IMG/VR virus record: IMGVR_UViG_3300030397_000328
Coordinates: 1 to 29,477 of that record
Direction: 5' to 3' (one strand)
From: a virus
Taxonomy: Duplodnaviria > Caudoviricetes
Length of the DNA: 29,477 nt
Shown one piece after another: positions 1 through 9,763 of the stretch (position 1 is the first letter of the stretch; each line of letters begins with the position of its first letter). Made by a program: the position numbers and the translations under genes. Under the pieces are notes generated by a model. That model ran no database searches. It was not told where the DNA came from and was given only the letters and a program-made list of their open reading frames with translations.

Positions 1-2031
1 GCTGCTTGGGTCAACGGCCTCAAAATAGATTTCCATTGTGTCAGGCAAATCGGCACAATCTTCAATCGGTCCCGTTTTGGATCCGCTGCTGCTTTCGTCG
101 CTTTGGCTGTCGTTGGAGTCGCTTGTAGATTCCTCGGAACGACTGAAACTTGAGTCGCTGCTAATTGAACTCGCGCTACTGGAACCACAATTGCTTTCGA
201 CTTCGGTCACTGGGCTCGGCCAAATAGCCTCCCAAGGCTTGGAACCTTTCGGGCTTGGTTCGGCATGTAGGTCCACCGCGATGAAATTACCGTTCTGGTA
301 ACGGTATAGGCTCCAATTGCCACTGGTGTAACGTATTTCGAGGTCAAACCCATCGTAGCCAGCAGTTCCTTCACGATGGAAACCGCGTCCGTTCCAGGTG
401 TACTCACCGGCGATGGTATCAGCACCCCATGCGGTAGCCTTCAGAATTAGCGATTCGCAATCCACGCTAGAGCTGCTGGAGCTTGGTGGAATACTGCTAC
501 TGGAACTCGGTGGCGGGGGCGAACTGCTGCTAGAACTTGAACTTGGCGGAACGCTACTGCTACTGCTGCTACTGTCGCAATGACATTTAGGGACGCAAAT
601 AGTCTGTCCGCATAGCGTGATTCGGTAGCAGTCGCCCAAGTCCTCAATCGCGCACGAATCCGACTGGGATGTAGACGAGCTGGAATCCGATTCTGATTCC
701 GATTCTGAAGTAGACGGCGGGGGCTCGCTGGAACTTGGCGGAATACTGCTGCTAGAACTCGGTGGGAGTGAACTGCTAGAGTCGGATGCGGATTCCGATT
801 CCTTTTTGGATTCGGACTCTGACGTCGATTCCTCATTGTCACAACATAATGGGCATTCGCTGGCAGACCACGAACCGTAATCGCGTTGAATTTCGCCCCG
901 TTCTATCCAAAGACTAACGGGGCGACGGTACGAGATAATCGACTTGTTACCGCAGACCGTATACGATTCGGTGACCGTGATTGGTTCGTCATCGTCGCTG
1001 CTGGAACTGTTCGAACTTTCCGAGCTACTGGAGCTGCACTCGCACTTGTAAACATGATCGAACCGCCACACTTTATCACATGGGTGGTAGTCCAGTATCG
1101 GAAACTCGCCGGCTTTCACGTAGCTTTTGGCGGGGACGCAAAAGTTAACCGAACAAATCGGGTTGCCGTTACAACCACAGCCGGCGGCTGATTCGCTGAC
1201 CGATTCTGCGGACGATGATTCGCCTGTGTCATCTCCCTTGCAGAGCAACCACGCTTGGCCGGTGGAACATTCGGCAACGGATTCGCCGGCGTACGTGCGG
1301 CGGCGTAGTCCGTAGCTGCCGACTAGTTCGTACTGGCACGTTTCATCATTAAGGCGGACGTGGCCGCGTTCACCTGGCAGATAGCAGTTGACGCATCGCG
1401 GATCATGAGCGGTCAGACCGTCGTCATCGCTTCCGCATGGGGCGTCCAGAAACTTAGCGGCGGCTGATTCGCCAGGCTTTAGGCATTCCGTGAACTTGAT
1501 TTCGCGTAGTTCAGGTGTTCGGTAGTTAGACAGCCGGACGAACTTGTAGTTGCCAGCATCAGTGATTACCTGGGCAGAACCGCCGGTTTTGTAGTCAAGC
1601 CCATATTCGCCTGGCAACAGATCTAAGGATTCATTGGACGTTTCGCAGCTACTACCGCCAGCGAACTTGACCCACGTTTTCCCACTGATAACGGCAACGC
1701 CTATTTCGTCTTTAGGCAACGGTTCTTGTAGTACGACGAACAAACCGCACTCGGACGATTCTGTAGGCTTTACGCCGTTGACGATCGGGAATTGTTCCGC
1801 GTCGGGATCTTCGCCAAACGTTAAAGGCGAATCGTTGATTGCTAGAACTTCCCACCGCTCGCGATCTTCGCCGGTGGTGTTGACTACGCGAACAATGCCA
1901 GGATGCAATCCTGTAGGCGTGGTGCGAGTTGGATTGCCGGTAGCTTGTTGCCTACCACGGGCGGCATCAGATAACGCTCTGTTGAGCGGCCGGACGTCTA
2001 AGCTATCGCCTTTGGGTACTCGATATGCCAT
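1..2031 (-). CDS. Large Ser/Cys-rich tail (fibre/baseplate-like) protein, 3'-truncated, at least 677 aa
   Basis: ATG at 2031 overlaps the upstream TAA (TAATG). I checked the frame by hand and it has no stop down to base 1: MAYRVPKGDSLDVRPLNRAL...TMEIYFEAVDPSS. Poly-Ser/Pro tracts, about 29 Cys by hand count. Lies two genes after the tape measure. Confidence 0.85.
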   Translation of the reverse strand, partial: MAYRVPKGDSLDVRPLNRALSDAARGRQQATGNPTRTTPTGLHPGIVRVVNTTGEDRERWEVLAINDSPLTFGEDPDAEQFPIVNGVKPTESSECGLFVVLQEPLPKDEIGVAVISGKTWVKFAGGSSCETSNESLDLLPGEYGLDYKTGGSAQVITDAGNYKFVRLSNYRTPELREIKFTECLKPGESAAAKFLDAPCGSDDDGLTAHDPRCVNCYLPGERGHVRLNDETCQYELVGSYGLRRRTYAGESVAECSTGQAWLLCKGDDTGESSSAESVSESAAGCGCNGNPICSVNFCVPAKSYVKAGEFPILDYHPCDKVWRFDHVYKCECSSSSSESSNSSSSDDDEPITVTESYTVCGNKSIISYRRPVSLWIERGEIQRDYGSWSASECPLCCDNEESTSESESKKESESASDSSSSLPPSSSSSIPPSSSEPPPSTSESESESDSSSSTSQSDSCAIEDLGDCYRITLCGQTICVPKCHCDSSSSSSSVPPSSSSSSSSPPPPSSSSSIPPSSSSSSVDCESLILKATAWGADTIAGEYTWNGRGFHREGTAGYDGFDLEIRYTSGNWSLYRYQNGNFIAVDLHAEPSPKGSKPWEAIWPSPVTEVESNCGSSSASSISSDSSFSRSEESTSDSNDSQSDESSSGSKTGPIEDCADLPDTMEIYFEAVDPSS

Positions 2032-2840
2032 TATGTACCAATCCCCAATCCAGACCAATCAGCGGGCCTGTAAACGTCTTGGACGTAGATTCCCTTGGGG
2101 GCTGGCATGATCCATTTTCTGCCGGCCTGATCTTCCGCGACTTTGTCACGATTCCACGGCCATAGGATTTGGTGGCCCTTTTTGTCGATCCCGTTTACGT
2201 CACCGATGGATAGATTCTCTAGGTTTTCCTTGGCCATGAACGCGAATTCAATTTCACCACGAATGGTGCCCTCGGCATTGCCGTCAGCGCCGACAAAAAG
2301 TAATTCACCTTCGTCGTAATTCTTGAAAGGCGCTGCGTTGATGGTCCCGGTTAGCCTCGATACGGTTTTGATGTAAGCCATGGTCAAATCGGCTGGATCA
2401 AAGCAATGGCGAAGCTGAAACTCTAAGGCAGGTACCACCACGTCATAGCCTTCGATCGTTTGCGTCTCGCCGTTGGTGGTAATGTTGACTGCGTTATTAA
2501 CTTCGGGGCATGTTCCATAACGCGTCGTATTGTGGGCGTACATGGCCTTGCCGACACCGCCTTGCGTGTTGAAACTGAAAACGGTGTCGTCTGCGCTGCA
2601 GTCTGCGTCACCGTAGGCCACGTCAAAGTGGAACGCTTTGGCTCCGATGCGTTTTCCGGTGAGCGTCTTTCGGACTAGACCTTCGAACGCGGCGGGGGCT
2701 TCTGCTTTGACCTTTTCGCGGGCCTCGGATTCATCGTCCGTGTCAATCACGATATATGGGAGCGTAGCACTACCGCCACCATGTTCCAGGTTTTCCCGAA
2801 CTTGTTGATAGTCCCATGATGCGTAGGCGAATGCTGCCAT
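2031..2840 (-). CDS. Putative distal tail/baseplate hub protein
   Basis: 269-aa ORF immediately downstream of the tape measure gene; function inferred from position only. Confidence 0.6.
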   Translation of the reverse strand: MAAFAYASWDYQQVRENLEHGGGSATLPYIVIDTDDESEAREKVKAEAPAAFEGLVRKTLTGKRIGAKAFHFDVAYGDADCSADDTVFSFNTQGGVGKAMYAHNTTRYGTCPEVNNAVNITTNGETQTIEGYDVVVPALEFQLRHCFDPADLTMAYIKTVSRLTGTINAAPFKNYDEGELLFVGADGNAEGTIRGEIEFAFMAKENLENLSIGDVNGIDKKGHQILWPWNRDKVAEDQAGRKWIMPAPKGIYVQDVYRPADWSGLGIGT

Positions 2841-2844
2841 TGGA

Positions 2845-5520
2845 TTACCTAAATACGTTGGGCCTGTCTTTGATTGCTTTGACTAGCTCGCCAGTGTTTT
2901 CCACCATGTCACGTAGGAACGGCACAACGTCCTGTCCGAATTCGCCACGGTTGGCGGCGGCGGGGTTGGCGGCGTTGCGTAGCGGTTCGAGTGCGCCTCG
3001 CAAATCAGGTGGATTTAGTGCGGCGTCACCGAATACACCAGGAAAAGCACGGTGGGGCGCCAATGCGGCTAGATCGGCGGGCATGTCAGCAAACGGGGCG
3101 TCCATTTCCTCGAGCCGAAGCATGTCGTTAATTACCTTGTCGGCGGCCCCTCTCAGGTCTACGCCGGCAACCATATCGAATACCTTCCTAAACCCATCTT
3201 GCGGAATCATTCCGCCTATCGCCTTGCCGACTGCGTTGGCGGCTGCGGCAACGGGGCCGTTTTCGGGCATCACCAGTCGACCAACCAAAGCCGGCACATC
3301 TGCCAGCGGTTTCAGGAGTTGTTCCGCGCCCCGTTGCAAATTGTTAATCGCTTCCATTGGTTTGGCGGCTTGCGGTTGTGCTGCTCTGGCTTGTAGCAGG
3401 CCGCTTAGAATCAGTTGATTCGGATCGCTTAACGCACCTTGGTCAGCTACGTCCATGCGGTCGACGGCGGCAACGTCGACATCAATGGCGCCAGCATCTT
3501 GGTTTTCTACCTTGACGGCTGGCGTGATAATCTCGGGGAAACGTTGCGACAACTTCAAATCGTCCGCATTAACGTTGACGTCGACGGGTTTGGATTGTCG
3601 ACGGCGGGCCTCATCCGCGGCCTTCTTTGCGGTTTCGTTTAGCCTGGCAAGTTGGCTGATAAGTTCCTTTTGCTTGGACTCGCGAACTTGAATCGCCTTC
3701 GCGATTTCCGAATCACGCTGTTGTTGCTGGCGAACGTTGTCCTGTGCAAGCGTATCGTTGACGGCTTGGGAACCAATTGATTCTGGCAATGCCATATCAA
3801 TGAGAGAAAACGTGCCTCCCGTCACGACATTGGCCATTCCGGGGTTGTCACGCAACCAACCGATTAGATCGTTTATTTGCATCGCCACGCCAGTGATCAT
3901 GTCATCCCACACGTTCAGCACGGACGTTTTTAATGACATCCAAACTTGCTCGATCTGCCCAGAAACACGCTCGACCGCAATCAACACACCTTGCCAACCG
4001 ATTTTGGCAGCTAGTCCCAAATCGCCGGCGGCTAGGGCGTCCTTCACGCCGGAAAATGCGTCCGTCGCTACGTCCTTATAGAATCCGGCCTCATCCCGCA
4101 TAAACGCCATGGCCTTACCGGTGGACGTGGTGAGACTCTGCAACGCACGTTGCCCGCTGTCGGTCATGGTTAGCCAGGCGGCTCCCAATGCTAAGACGGC
4201 GGTTGTAGCTAGTCCTACGGGTGACAAAACCAGCGCCACGGTTCCAACTACCAATTTCAGGGTCACGGCGGTACCGGTCAGGATGGCGGACAACACGCCG
4301 AAAATAGAACTTGCGGCGGTGGCCGTTACGCCGGCGGCTATCAACGCGGCACCGATCGCACCCACGGCGGCCACGCCCTTTAGAACGGTGTCAATGAATT
4401 CGTGGTTTTCGCCGGCAACGTTCGTGATCCAATTGGCCACGGCGGCTAGTTTGTCGCTCCAAATCGTCAGCGTTGGCGCCATGCCTTCACCAATGGCAAT
4501 GGCCACGCCCTCGGCTGCGCTCATCAAACGGACGAACGAACCTTTTAGGTTGTCGCCCATCACTTTGGCCATCGTTTCGGCAGAGCCGCCGGCCTCGTCC
4601 ATGTGGCCACGCATGACACCAATTTGCTCGCCAGCATCGGCCAGGATAACGGCAGACTTGCCGCTGATCAGACCAAACTGATTCATAAAGAACGCTAAGC
4701 GGTCACCTCCATCTAGGTCAGACGTGGCGGCACCAATCTCTTGCATCAAGTCCAGAAGCGGGCGGATGTTTCCGGCGGCGTCGCGAGTCTTCACGCCAGC
4801 AATTTCGGACTCGTTGCTAAGAATAGTCAGCAGATTTTTAATATCCGTGCCGGCCATGTCGGCCTTAATGCCGTTGTTTCCAAGGATTCCAGCGGCGGTG
4901 GCCGTTTCCTCGATCGACTGTCCGGCGGCCTTGGCTAGTGGGGCGGCGAACTTGAAGGTTTCGCCCATCATTTCTACGGACGTATTGGCGGACGTGGCCG
5001 TTTTGGCAATCACGTCAGCCACGCGTCCTATCTCGTCTGCCGTGAATCCAAACGCGGATCCCACATCGGACGCAATGTCGGCTGCCATTCCCAAGTCAAC
5101 GGCGCCAGCTCTGGCCAGGTTCAAGACAGCCGGCACCGATTCCAGTATCTGGGCGGTGTTAAAGCCGGCCATTCCTAGGAACTTCATGGCGTCCGCAACT
5201 TGGGTCGCGGAAAATGAAGTGGTCGAGCCTAGCTCTTTGGCTTTGGCGTTCAGTCGATCGAAATCGGCTGGAGCGGCACCGGTGATTGCTTTGACCTCGG
5301 ACATTTTGGCCGAGAAATCAGCAAACGTAGAAACTACGGGAGCCATGGCCACAACGGTAACGGCAGCCGTGGCGGCCATGCGTTTACCGATGGCGGACAT
5401 ACCGGCCCCCATCGCTCGCATTTTGGATTCAATCTGGCCGAGCTTCTTCTTTACGAGCGCATCACCTTTCAAGTAGGTTTCGACGAACGCTTGGCCGGCT
5501 CGGATCTTACTGGCGGACAT
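2845..5520 (-). CDS. Tail tape measure protein (TP901-family core)
   Basis: 891 aa, Ala-rich and helical; core motif FSAKMSEVKAITGA...AKELGSTTSFSATQVADAMKFLGMAGF; central hydrophobic segments. Confidence 0.95.
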   Translation of the reverse strand: MSASKIRAGQAFVETYLKGDALVKKKLGQIESKMRAMGAGMSAIGKRMAATAAVTVVAMAPVVSTFADFSAKMSEVKAITGAAPADFDRLNAKAKELGSTTSFSATQVADAMKFLGMAGFNTAQILESVPAVLNLARAGAVDLGMAADIASDVGSAFGFTADEIGRVADVIAKTATSANTSVEMMGETFKFAAPLAKAAGQSIEETATAAGILGNNGIKADMAGTDIKNLLTILSNESEIAGVKTRDAAGNIRPLLDLMQEIGAATSDLDGGDRLAFFMNQFGLISGKSAVILADAGEQIGVMRGHMDEAGGSAETMAKVMGDNLKGSFVRLMSAAEGVAIAIGEGMAPTLTIWSDKLAAVANWITNVAGENHEFIDTVLKGVAAVGAIGAALIAAGVTATAASSIFGVLSAILTGTAVTLKLVVGTVALVLSPVGLATTAVLALGAAWLTMTDSGQRALQSLTTSTGKAMAFMRDEAGFYKDVATDAFSGVKDALAAGDLGLAAKIGWQGVLIAVERVSGQIEQVWMSLKTSVLNVWDDMITGVAMQINDLIGWLRDNPGMANVVTGGTFSLIDMALPESIGSQAVNDTLAQDNVRQQQQRDSEIAKAIQVRESKQKELISQLARLNETAKKAADEARRRQSKPVDVNVNADDLKLSQRFPEIITPAVKVENQDAGAIDVDVAAVDRMDVADQGALSDPNQLILSGLLQARAAQPQAAKPMEAINNLQRGAEQLLKPLADVPALVGRLVMPENGPVAAAANAVGKAIGGMIPQDGFRKVFDMVAGVDLRGAADKVINDMLRLEEMDAPFADMPADLAALAPHRAFPGVFGDAALNPPDLRGALEPLRNAANPAAANRGEFGQDVVPFLRDMVENTGELVKAIKDRPNVFR

Positions 5521-5532
5521 GTTGGGCGTTCC

Positions 5533-6099
5533 TTATGCGCTGGCGAATGCTCGGGCGTAGATGGACGGAAAACGAGGGGCTGCTTTTTCCAGTGCAGGGC
5601 CAGCGGACGGACGAGCACGGTAACGCAGTGTCTTAGTGATGACGCCAGGTCCACGGGCTCGTTTGCCGGCGGTCAATCCCGTGCGTTTCCATACGCGGCG
5701 GCGTACTAGTCCGCCAAATTCCAATAGCTGCGGGATCGACTCACCGGCGTTGAACTTGATCATGCCGGCCACGCCGACGTTTTTTGAACGGTCGTAAACG
5801 TTGCGAATGTCGCGTACGCCGTAGGAATTCTGGCGATACAGCGGGGCTTGCCCTGGCTGGCTAACTTTGGCCGCCTGGCGTTTGATGGCTCGTTCTGCCC
5901 GTTCCCGCTTCTTGGGGTCTGGGTCGCTTAGATCTTTGAAATTGGCCTTGGTACCAACGCCCCTTTTGATCGATCGTTTCTGGTGTTGCTTGACGTCACG
6001 ACTGGACCACGCCAGGTAGTTACGTTCAGCCTTCCCTAGCTTTTTGAGTATGCCAGGCCGATCAAAGAAAACGGTTGTTTTGTTGGTAACTGCTACCAT
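5533..6099 (-). CDS. Putative tail completion/neck protein (HK97 gp10-like)
   Basis: ATG at 6099 in a TGATG overlap with the upstream stop; basic protein with LLEFGG...YRARPSAGPAL, resembling the gp10-type LEFG...ARPF..PA motif. Confidence 0.6.
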   Translation of the reverse strand: MVAVTNKTTVFFDRPGILKKLGKAERNYLAWSSRDVKQHQKRSIKRGVGTKANFKDLSDPDPKKRERAERAIKRQAAKVSQPGQAPLYRQNSYGVRDIRNVYDRSKNVGVAGMIKFNAGESIPQLLEFGGLVRRRVWKRTGLTAGKRARGPGVITKTLRYRARPSAGPALEKAAPRFPSIYARAFASA

Positions 6100-6518
6100 C
6101 AATCTAGGTCTACATAATCCGATGCTTCCGCAAGCCATCGGTGGGTGTAATCGTTCATCATGTTGGTACGGCGGCGACGAGTTGGGTTGAAATCATTGGC
6201 TCGGTACGGAATCGGGCGGCGTTTCTTATCGCGGTTGCAATTGGCTATCAGGGCCATGAGCTCCGACGTTGTCTCCCAGGCTGCCTCGCGTTGTCCTTCA
6301 ATCTGCGTAACTAGCCGGCGGATTGTGAGTCCGCTGCCGTCAGTCCCGTGGCGGCCAAGGCATTTGTCGAGCCACTCCCAAGGGCATCCAGAATCACGTC
6401 TAGCTGTTGGTCGCTCGCCCCCATGATCTTCTCCAGGGCTTCGTCCGCCTTCTTCCCGTTCAGCCTCTCCATCTGAGAATCCGAAACGCGTTTTTGCAGG
6501 CTCTCGATCTTCTGCCAA
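6099..6518 (-). CDS. Tail assembly chaperone, gpT-like extension (probably reached by -1 frameshift)
   Basis: Overlaps the gpG-like ORF in the -1 frame. The coherent part starts at PWEWLDKCLG...LTIRRLV...WETTSELMALIANCNRD...ANDFNP; no good start codon of its own near that part. Confidence 0.65.
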   Translation of the reverse strand: MAEDREPAKTRFGFSDGEAEREEGGRSPGEDHGGERPTARRDSGCPWEWLDKCLGRHGTDGSGLTIRRLVTQIEGQREAAWETTSELMALIANCNRDKKRRPIPYRANDFNPTRRRRTNMMNDYTHRWLAEASDYVDLD

Positions 6519-6850
6519 GTCGCCCGCATCGTTTCCGCTTGGCTGGACGGGAAAAGCTCAATGATCGCTTCACGTAAGGCGGATAACGCCCGCTCCATGG
6601 CGTCTCCCGTACAACGCCGAAAGAATCCGTTGGTGTCTAGGTCGCGTTCGGAAATCTGAACGCGGCAAATGTCGGCCAGCAAAGCAAGAGCTGTTCCAGT
6701 GTCCGCCAAAGTGCGGAAGATCTGACCGCTTGGCCCTTCGGTTAATAGATCAATTTTGAATTCTGCTTTGATGCGAAACGTTTCGGGAACGTCAATATTG
6801 ACTTTCCAATCTGTGTCTTCGCTGTCTTTGAACGTTGCCATGATGCCCAT
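6311..6850 (-). CDS. Tail assembly chaperone, gpG-like
   Basis: Between the tail tube and tape measure genes; overlapping -1 frame ORF at its 3' end; start could be 6850 or 6841. Confidence 0.7.
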   Translation of the reverse strand: MGIMATFKDSEDTDWKVNIDVPETFRIKAEFKIDLLTEGPSGQIFRTLADTGTALALLADICRVQISERDLDTNGFFRRCTGDAMERALSALREAIIELFPSSQAETMRATWQKIESLQKRVSDSQMERLNGKKADEALEKIMGASDQQLDVILDALGSGSTNALAATGLTAADSQSAG

Positions 6851-6870
6851 GCCTTTCTGAGTGCTGAAAT

Positions 6871-6903
6871 GCCACGCCGGCTGGTACGATCAAACGGCGT
6901 GGC
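6871..6903 (-). terminator. Intergenic GC-rich hairpin
   Basis: Inverted repeat GCCACGCCG / CGGCGTGGC followed by ATTTC on the minus strand (weak U tract). Confidence 0.4.
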
Positions 6904-6917
6904 TGCTTAACTGCCGG

Positions 6918-7310
6918 TTACTTGGTTTTGCCAGATCCTTTTGGTTGCTTGTCGCTACTGTTTGAGCTGTTGGACGTCTGCGACTGTGCAGCCGCCGTGG
7001 GGCTTCGAACCGTATCGCAAAGCCATTGCAATGATTCCGTGGGAACTTCGACCCACGCCACGCGTTTCGACTTGCCATCGGCGGCGGTGACGTTCAGACG
7101 ATCTTTGTTTTCCTCGAGGAAAGCATCTAGCTTTTCGAGCTTTTCGGATGCCTCTTTGCCAGCCGGCTTGGCTGCCTTAGCGGCTTCTGCCAAGGTGGCT
7201 AGGCAATGGAGCGCTACTACTGACTGCTTGACTCTGAGGCGTTTGGATTGCGCTAAAGAGGTCGCTAACGCGGCTACGATTTCGGTTGCTGTTGCTGCTG
7301 TTTGCGGCAT
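6918..7310 (-). CDS. Hypothetical tail-region protein
   Basis: ATG at 7310 preceded by GAGGG; 130 aa; low-complexity C-terminus. Confidence 0.65.
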   Translation of the reverse strand: MPQTAATATEIVAALATSLAQSKRLRVKQSVVALHCLATLAEAAKAAKPAGKEASEKLEKLDAFLEENKDRLNVTAADGKSKRVAWVEVPTESLQWLCDTVRSPTAAAQSQTSNSSNSSDKQPKGSGKTK

Positions 7311-7361
7311 GGTATTGATGCCCTCGGGTGGTGTTCGTTGATTTGTTTTGGCGTTCTTTTG

Positions 7362-7406
7362 AAAAGGAGGGCCGCCAGCGGAGAAAGCCATAAACCGCCG
7401 GCGGCC
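7362..7406 (-). terminator. Intrinsic terminator-like hairpin after the tail tube gene
   Basis: GGCCGCCGGCGG-loop-CCGCTGGCGGCC then CTCCTTTT on the minus strand. Confidence 0.5.
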
Positions 7407-7422
7407 GGTCAGCCGATGGGCA

Positions 7423-7872
7423 TCAGGCTGTGAGCTCGTATTGGCTGGTCAACAGCGCACCGGCTTCGACCATAGGCGTTACCTTGGTTCCAAACGAGTA
7501 GCTTGGTTCGTCCTCATCTGGCGAATCGTGCTGGAAACCGAACAATTGACACGGAGCACGCCAAGATCGCGTACCGCTGTCGGTAATGTCACCGGTGCAG
7601 TAAACGACTTCGATTGGGTCACCGGTGGTGTCCAAGTCGATCAGCTTGTTAAGGATCTCGTCCGTGCCCAAGTCGGGTCGTTCTCGATAACCAAACTGGA
7701 CGTCAAAGTTGCGTTTCTGACGCGTTGAAAGGTTGTCGTCGGTGTCGCGGGCGTTGGCGTTACCTTCGCCGGCGGTACGGTCAAGGCTAATGTCAATCGC
7801 CTGCTTGATTAGCTTCAAGTCTGGCGCCGCTCGGGTGCCAAAGTTGAGATATACGCGGGGTTTCTTGGCCAT
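7423..7872 (-). CDS. Major tail tube protein
   Basis: 149 aa, acidic and beta-rich; after the tail terminator candidate and before the chaperones; followed by a hairpin. Confidence 0.7.
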   Translation of the reverse strand: MAKKPRVYLNFGTRAAPDLKLIKQAIDISLDRTAGEGNANARDTDDNLSTRQKRNFDVQFGYRERPDLGTDEILNKLIDLDTTGDPIEVVYCTGDITDSGTRSWRAPCQLFGFQHDSPDEDEPSYSFGTKVTPMVEAGALLTSQYELTA

Positions 7873-7896
7873 TTTCGGGGCCTCCCATTGGTTGGT

Positions 7897-8352
7897 TTAA
7901 TCGTCGAATTGCACAACGCGGAAATTCGCCTGCACAATGTCAAAAAATATGCTTTCCTGATCGATAGCCCTCGCCACCCATTCCAATACGTCCTTGTCGC
8001 GAACCGGCACGGTGCCGATCCAACGGGAACATTGAGGCGGGTTGAGCCTAGCCAGGTTGCCCACTTGGCGGGCGATTGTTAACAGCGGGTCAATCGTTGC
8101 GTTTTCCCGATCCTCTACGGCCTTGGCGACGCATAGAAGAATGGGAACCACTTGGCGAATGCCGGCTTGGTTGTCTATTTCCTCATCAAACGCACCTGGC
8201 ATCACGGTGATACGCAGTTCGTGCAATTCCGTGAGGTCATGCTTGGGACGGTAACGACGTTCAACGGTTTTGGATTGCTGGAAATCCTGACCATCGATTA
8301 GCGTTACCAATTCGTCCGCCATCTTGAGCGTGATTTTCGGATCGTAGGTCAT
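7897..8352 (-). CDS. Putative tail terminator protein
   Basis: ATG at 8352 in an ATGA overlap with the upstream stop; directly upstream of the tail tube gene. Confidence 0.55.
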   Translation of the reverse strand: MTYDPKITLKMADELVTLIDGQDFQQSKTVERRYRPKHDLTELHELRITVMPGAFDEEIDNQAGIRQVVPILLCVAKAVEDRENATIDPLLTIARQVGNLARLNPPQCSRWIGTVPVRDKDVLEWVARAIDQESIFFDIVQANFRVVQFDD

Positions 8353-8729
8353 TGGCTTGGCTCCGTTTTCCAAAGCTTGGAATGCAAGCGGTGGCCGGTG
8401 CGTTCGTTGTCCATGCCGGACACCTTTTCACCGTCTGGGCTTAGCGTTTTGAACGTTGATACCGTTTGGCCGTCGTCGTAAATGATCAAATCACCGTCAA
8501 CGGGTTCCGGTGGATCTAACGCGGCCAGCTCCTCTTGGGGAAATAGCCAATCAGTTGACGTGAACGTGATGACCAGTTGCGATTCGTCGATGCTTTCCCA
8601 TTTGCTTTGACCCCGCACCGCGTCAAATTCCAACGTGGTGGCACCACGCTGGTATTTGATGGGAACGCCGGCGACACGTTGTACCGTGCGTCTTACGTGG
8701 CGTAGTGCATTGTTAAACGGGCTTGTCAT
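8349..8729 (-). CDS. Head-tail joining protein (lambda FII-like)
   Basis: Follows the capsid gene; small beta-rich protein with DWLF...PEPVDGDLI; likely start MTSPF at 8729. Confidence 0.6.
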   Translation of the reverse strand: MTSPFNNALRHVRRTVQRVAGVPIKYQRGATTLEFDAVRGQSKWESIDESQLVITFTSTDWLFPQEELAALDPPEPVDGDLIIYDDGQTVSTFKTLSPDGEKVSGMDNERTGHRLHSKLWKTEPSQ

Positions 8730-8751
8730 GTCAGAATCGAAAACGTGAATC

Positions 8752-8793
8752 AAAATGCCGGCGGGGTGGTAAGGTCAGGCCACGTCCGCCGGC
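8752..8793 (-). terminator. Intrinsic terminator after the major capsid gene
   Basis: GCCGGCGGACGTGG-loop-CCACCCCGCCGGC followed by ATTTT on the minus strand. Confidence 0.55.
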
Positions 8794-8806
8794 CTTGCGA
8801 TGGTGG

Positions 8807-9763
8807 TTACGCTGGTAGCGTTACAGCGGTTTCAGCCAGGCTGAGACCGTCCGTCGTGATGATTGGGATGCCTTCCCAATCCTTTGGTGTTTCCGCAGCA
8901 ACGCCAGTCACTGTGGTGGCTGTGCGGCTACGTTTCAACTGACCGCGGGCTTTGCGATGCATCACGATCAGATTCGGTTCGTGGCCGCTTGGGAACTGTT
9001 CAGCCAGCCGCGAAATAAGATCGTCAGTAACGCGTTCCGTAGCACCTTTGGCAACGTTGATGTTAGGAATGCGTCCAATGGAAAACTTGGAACCAATCTG
9101 CAATCCCAGCCAGCCAGTGATTGGCGTTGCGTAGGTTGGGAATAGTTTTCCATCACCGTCTGGCATGAACTGAACTACCGTTTCGTCCATTTCGATGTTG
9201 GTGTCCGTGATGGCCATCACGTCCGTATCATCGTTGACGGTACGGAGCATGAAGATTGACGTCAGTTCTGCATCAGCATCGCCGGCACCACCGCCATCAA
9301 TCACCATTTCATCATCAAGGCCATCAATCGTGTCCGCGTCTACAAATCCCGTGAAGCCATCTGCATCGCCGGCAATGCCGTTGATGAATTGCTGTTCGCC
9401 TTTGAAAAACGCAGCTTTGAGGTGTCGCATTCCTTCACGTTCGATGTACGCTTCAGGGCCCTTGCCGAACTTGTCCGCGATGGCCTTATCAACATGGAAG
9501 CTGGCGTCAAGGATCTTCAGATTGATCGTTACCAACGTATCCTGTGATTTGCCGTGGTCGCGGCCAGTGTTTGCGGCTCGGAAACCAACGACGGGGGCGC
9601 CGGTTTCTTTGGTGTACTTGTGCTGCGTACCATTGGACGATTCGCCGGCGGCCAACGCTGCGAAAAGCGGGGCACGCTGCAGCAGGTCGGTGACTTCGAT
9701 GTCCGCCAAGTTTTGGTCATTGATCTTTTGCAGATCAGCCAACGTGATTAAGTCGTTAGCCAT
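8807..9763 (-). CDS. Major capsid protein
   Basis: 318 aa after the protease/scaffold gene; SD GAGGA; HK97-fold-like motifs (GFRAANTG, FINGIAGDADGFTG, WEGIPIITTDGL). Confidence 0.9.
   Translation of the reverse strand: MANDLITLADLQKINDQNLADIEVTDLLQRAPLFAALAAGESSNGTQHKYTKETGAPVVGFRAANTGRDHGKSQDTLVTINLKILDASFHVDKAIADKFGKGPEAYIEREGMRHLKAAFFKGEQQFINGIAGDADGFTGFVDADTIDGLDDEMVIDGGGAGDADAELTSIFMLRTVNDDTDVMAITDTNIEMDETVVQFMPDGDGKLFPTYATPITGWLGLQIGSKFSIGRIPNINVAKGATERVTDDLISRLAEQFPSGHEPNLIVMHRKARGQLKRSRTATTVTGVAAETPKDWEGIPIITTDGLSLAETAVTLPA

Noticed and set aside
447-842. 131-aa Arg-rich minus-strand ORF and Leu-rich plus-strand ORFs at 38-583
   Set aside because: Alternative-frame readings of the poly-Ser tracts in the 1..2031 gene.
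1-2031. Diversity-generating retroelement or invertible tail cassette
   Set aside because: No reverse transcriptase, serine invertase or adenine-specific TR/VR repeat pair is seen in the window; cannot be excluded beyond the edge.
2816-5476. Long plus-strand ORFs (200, 190 and 250 aa) opposite the tape measure gene, and similar ones opposite the capsid, protease and LuxR genes
   Set aside because: Antisense shadows of well-supported genes; no motifs or SD; expected from codon bias.
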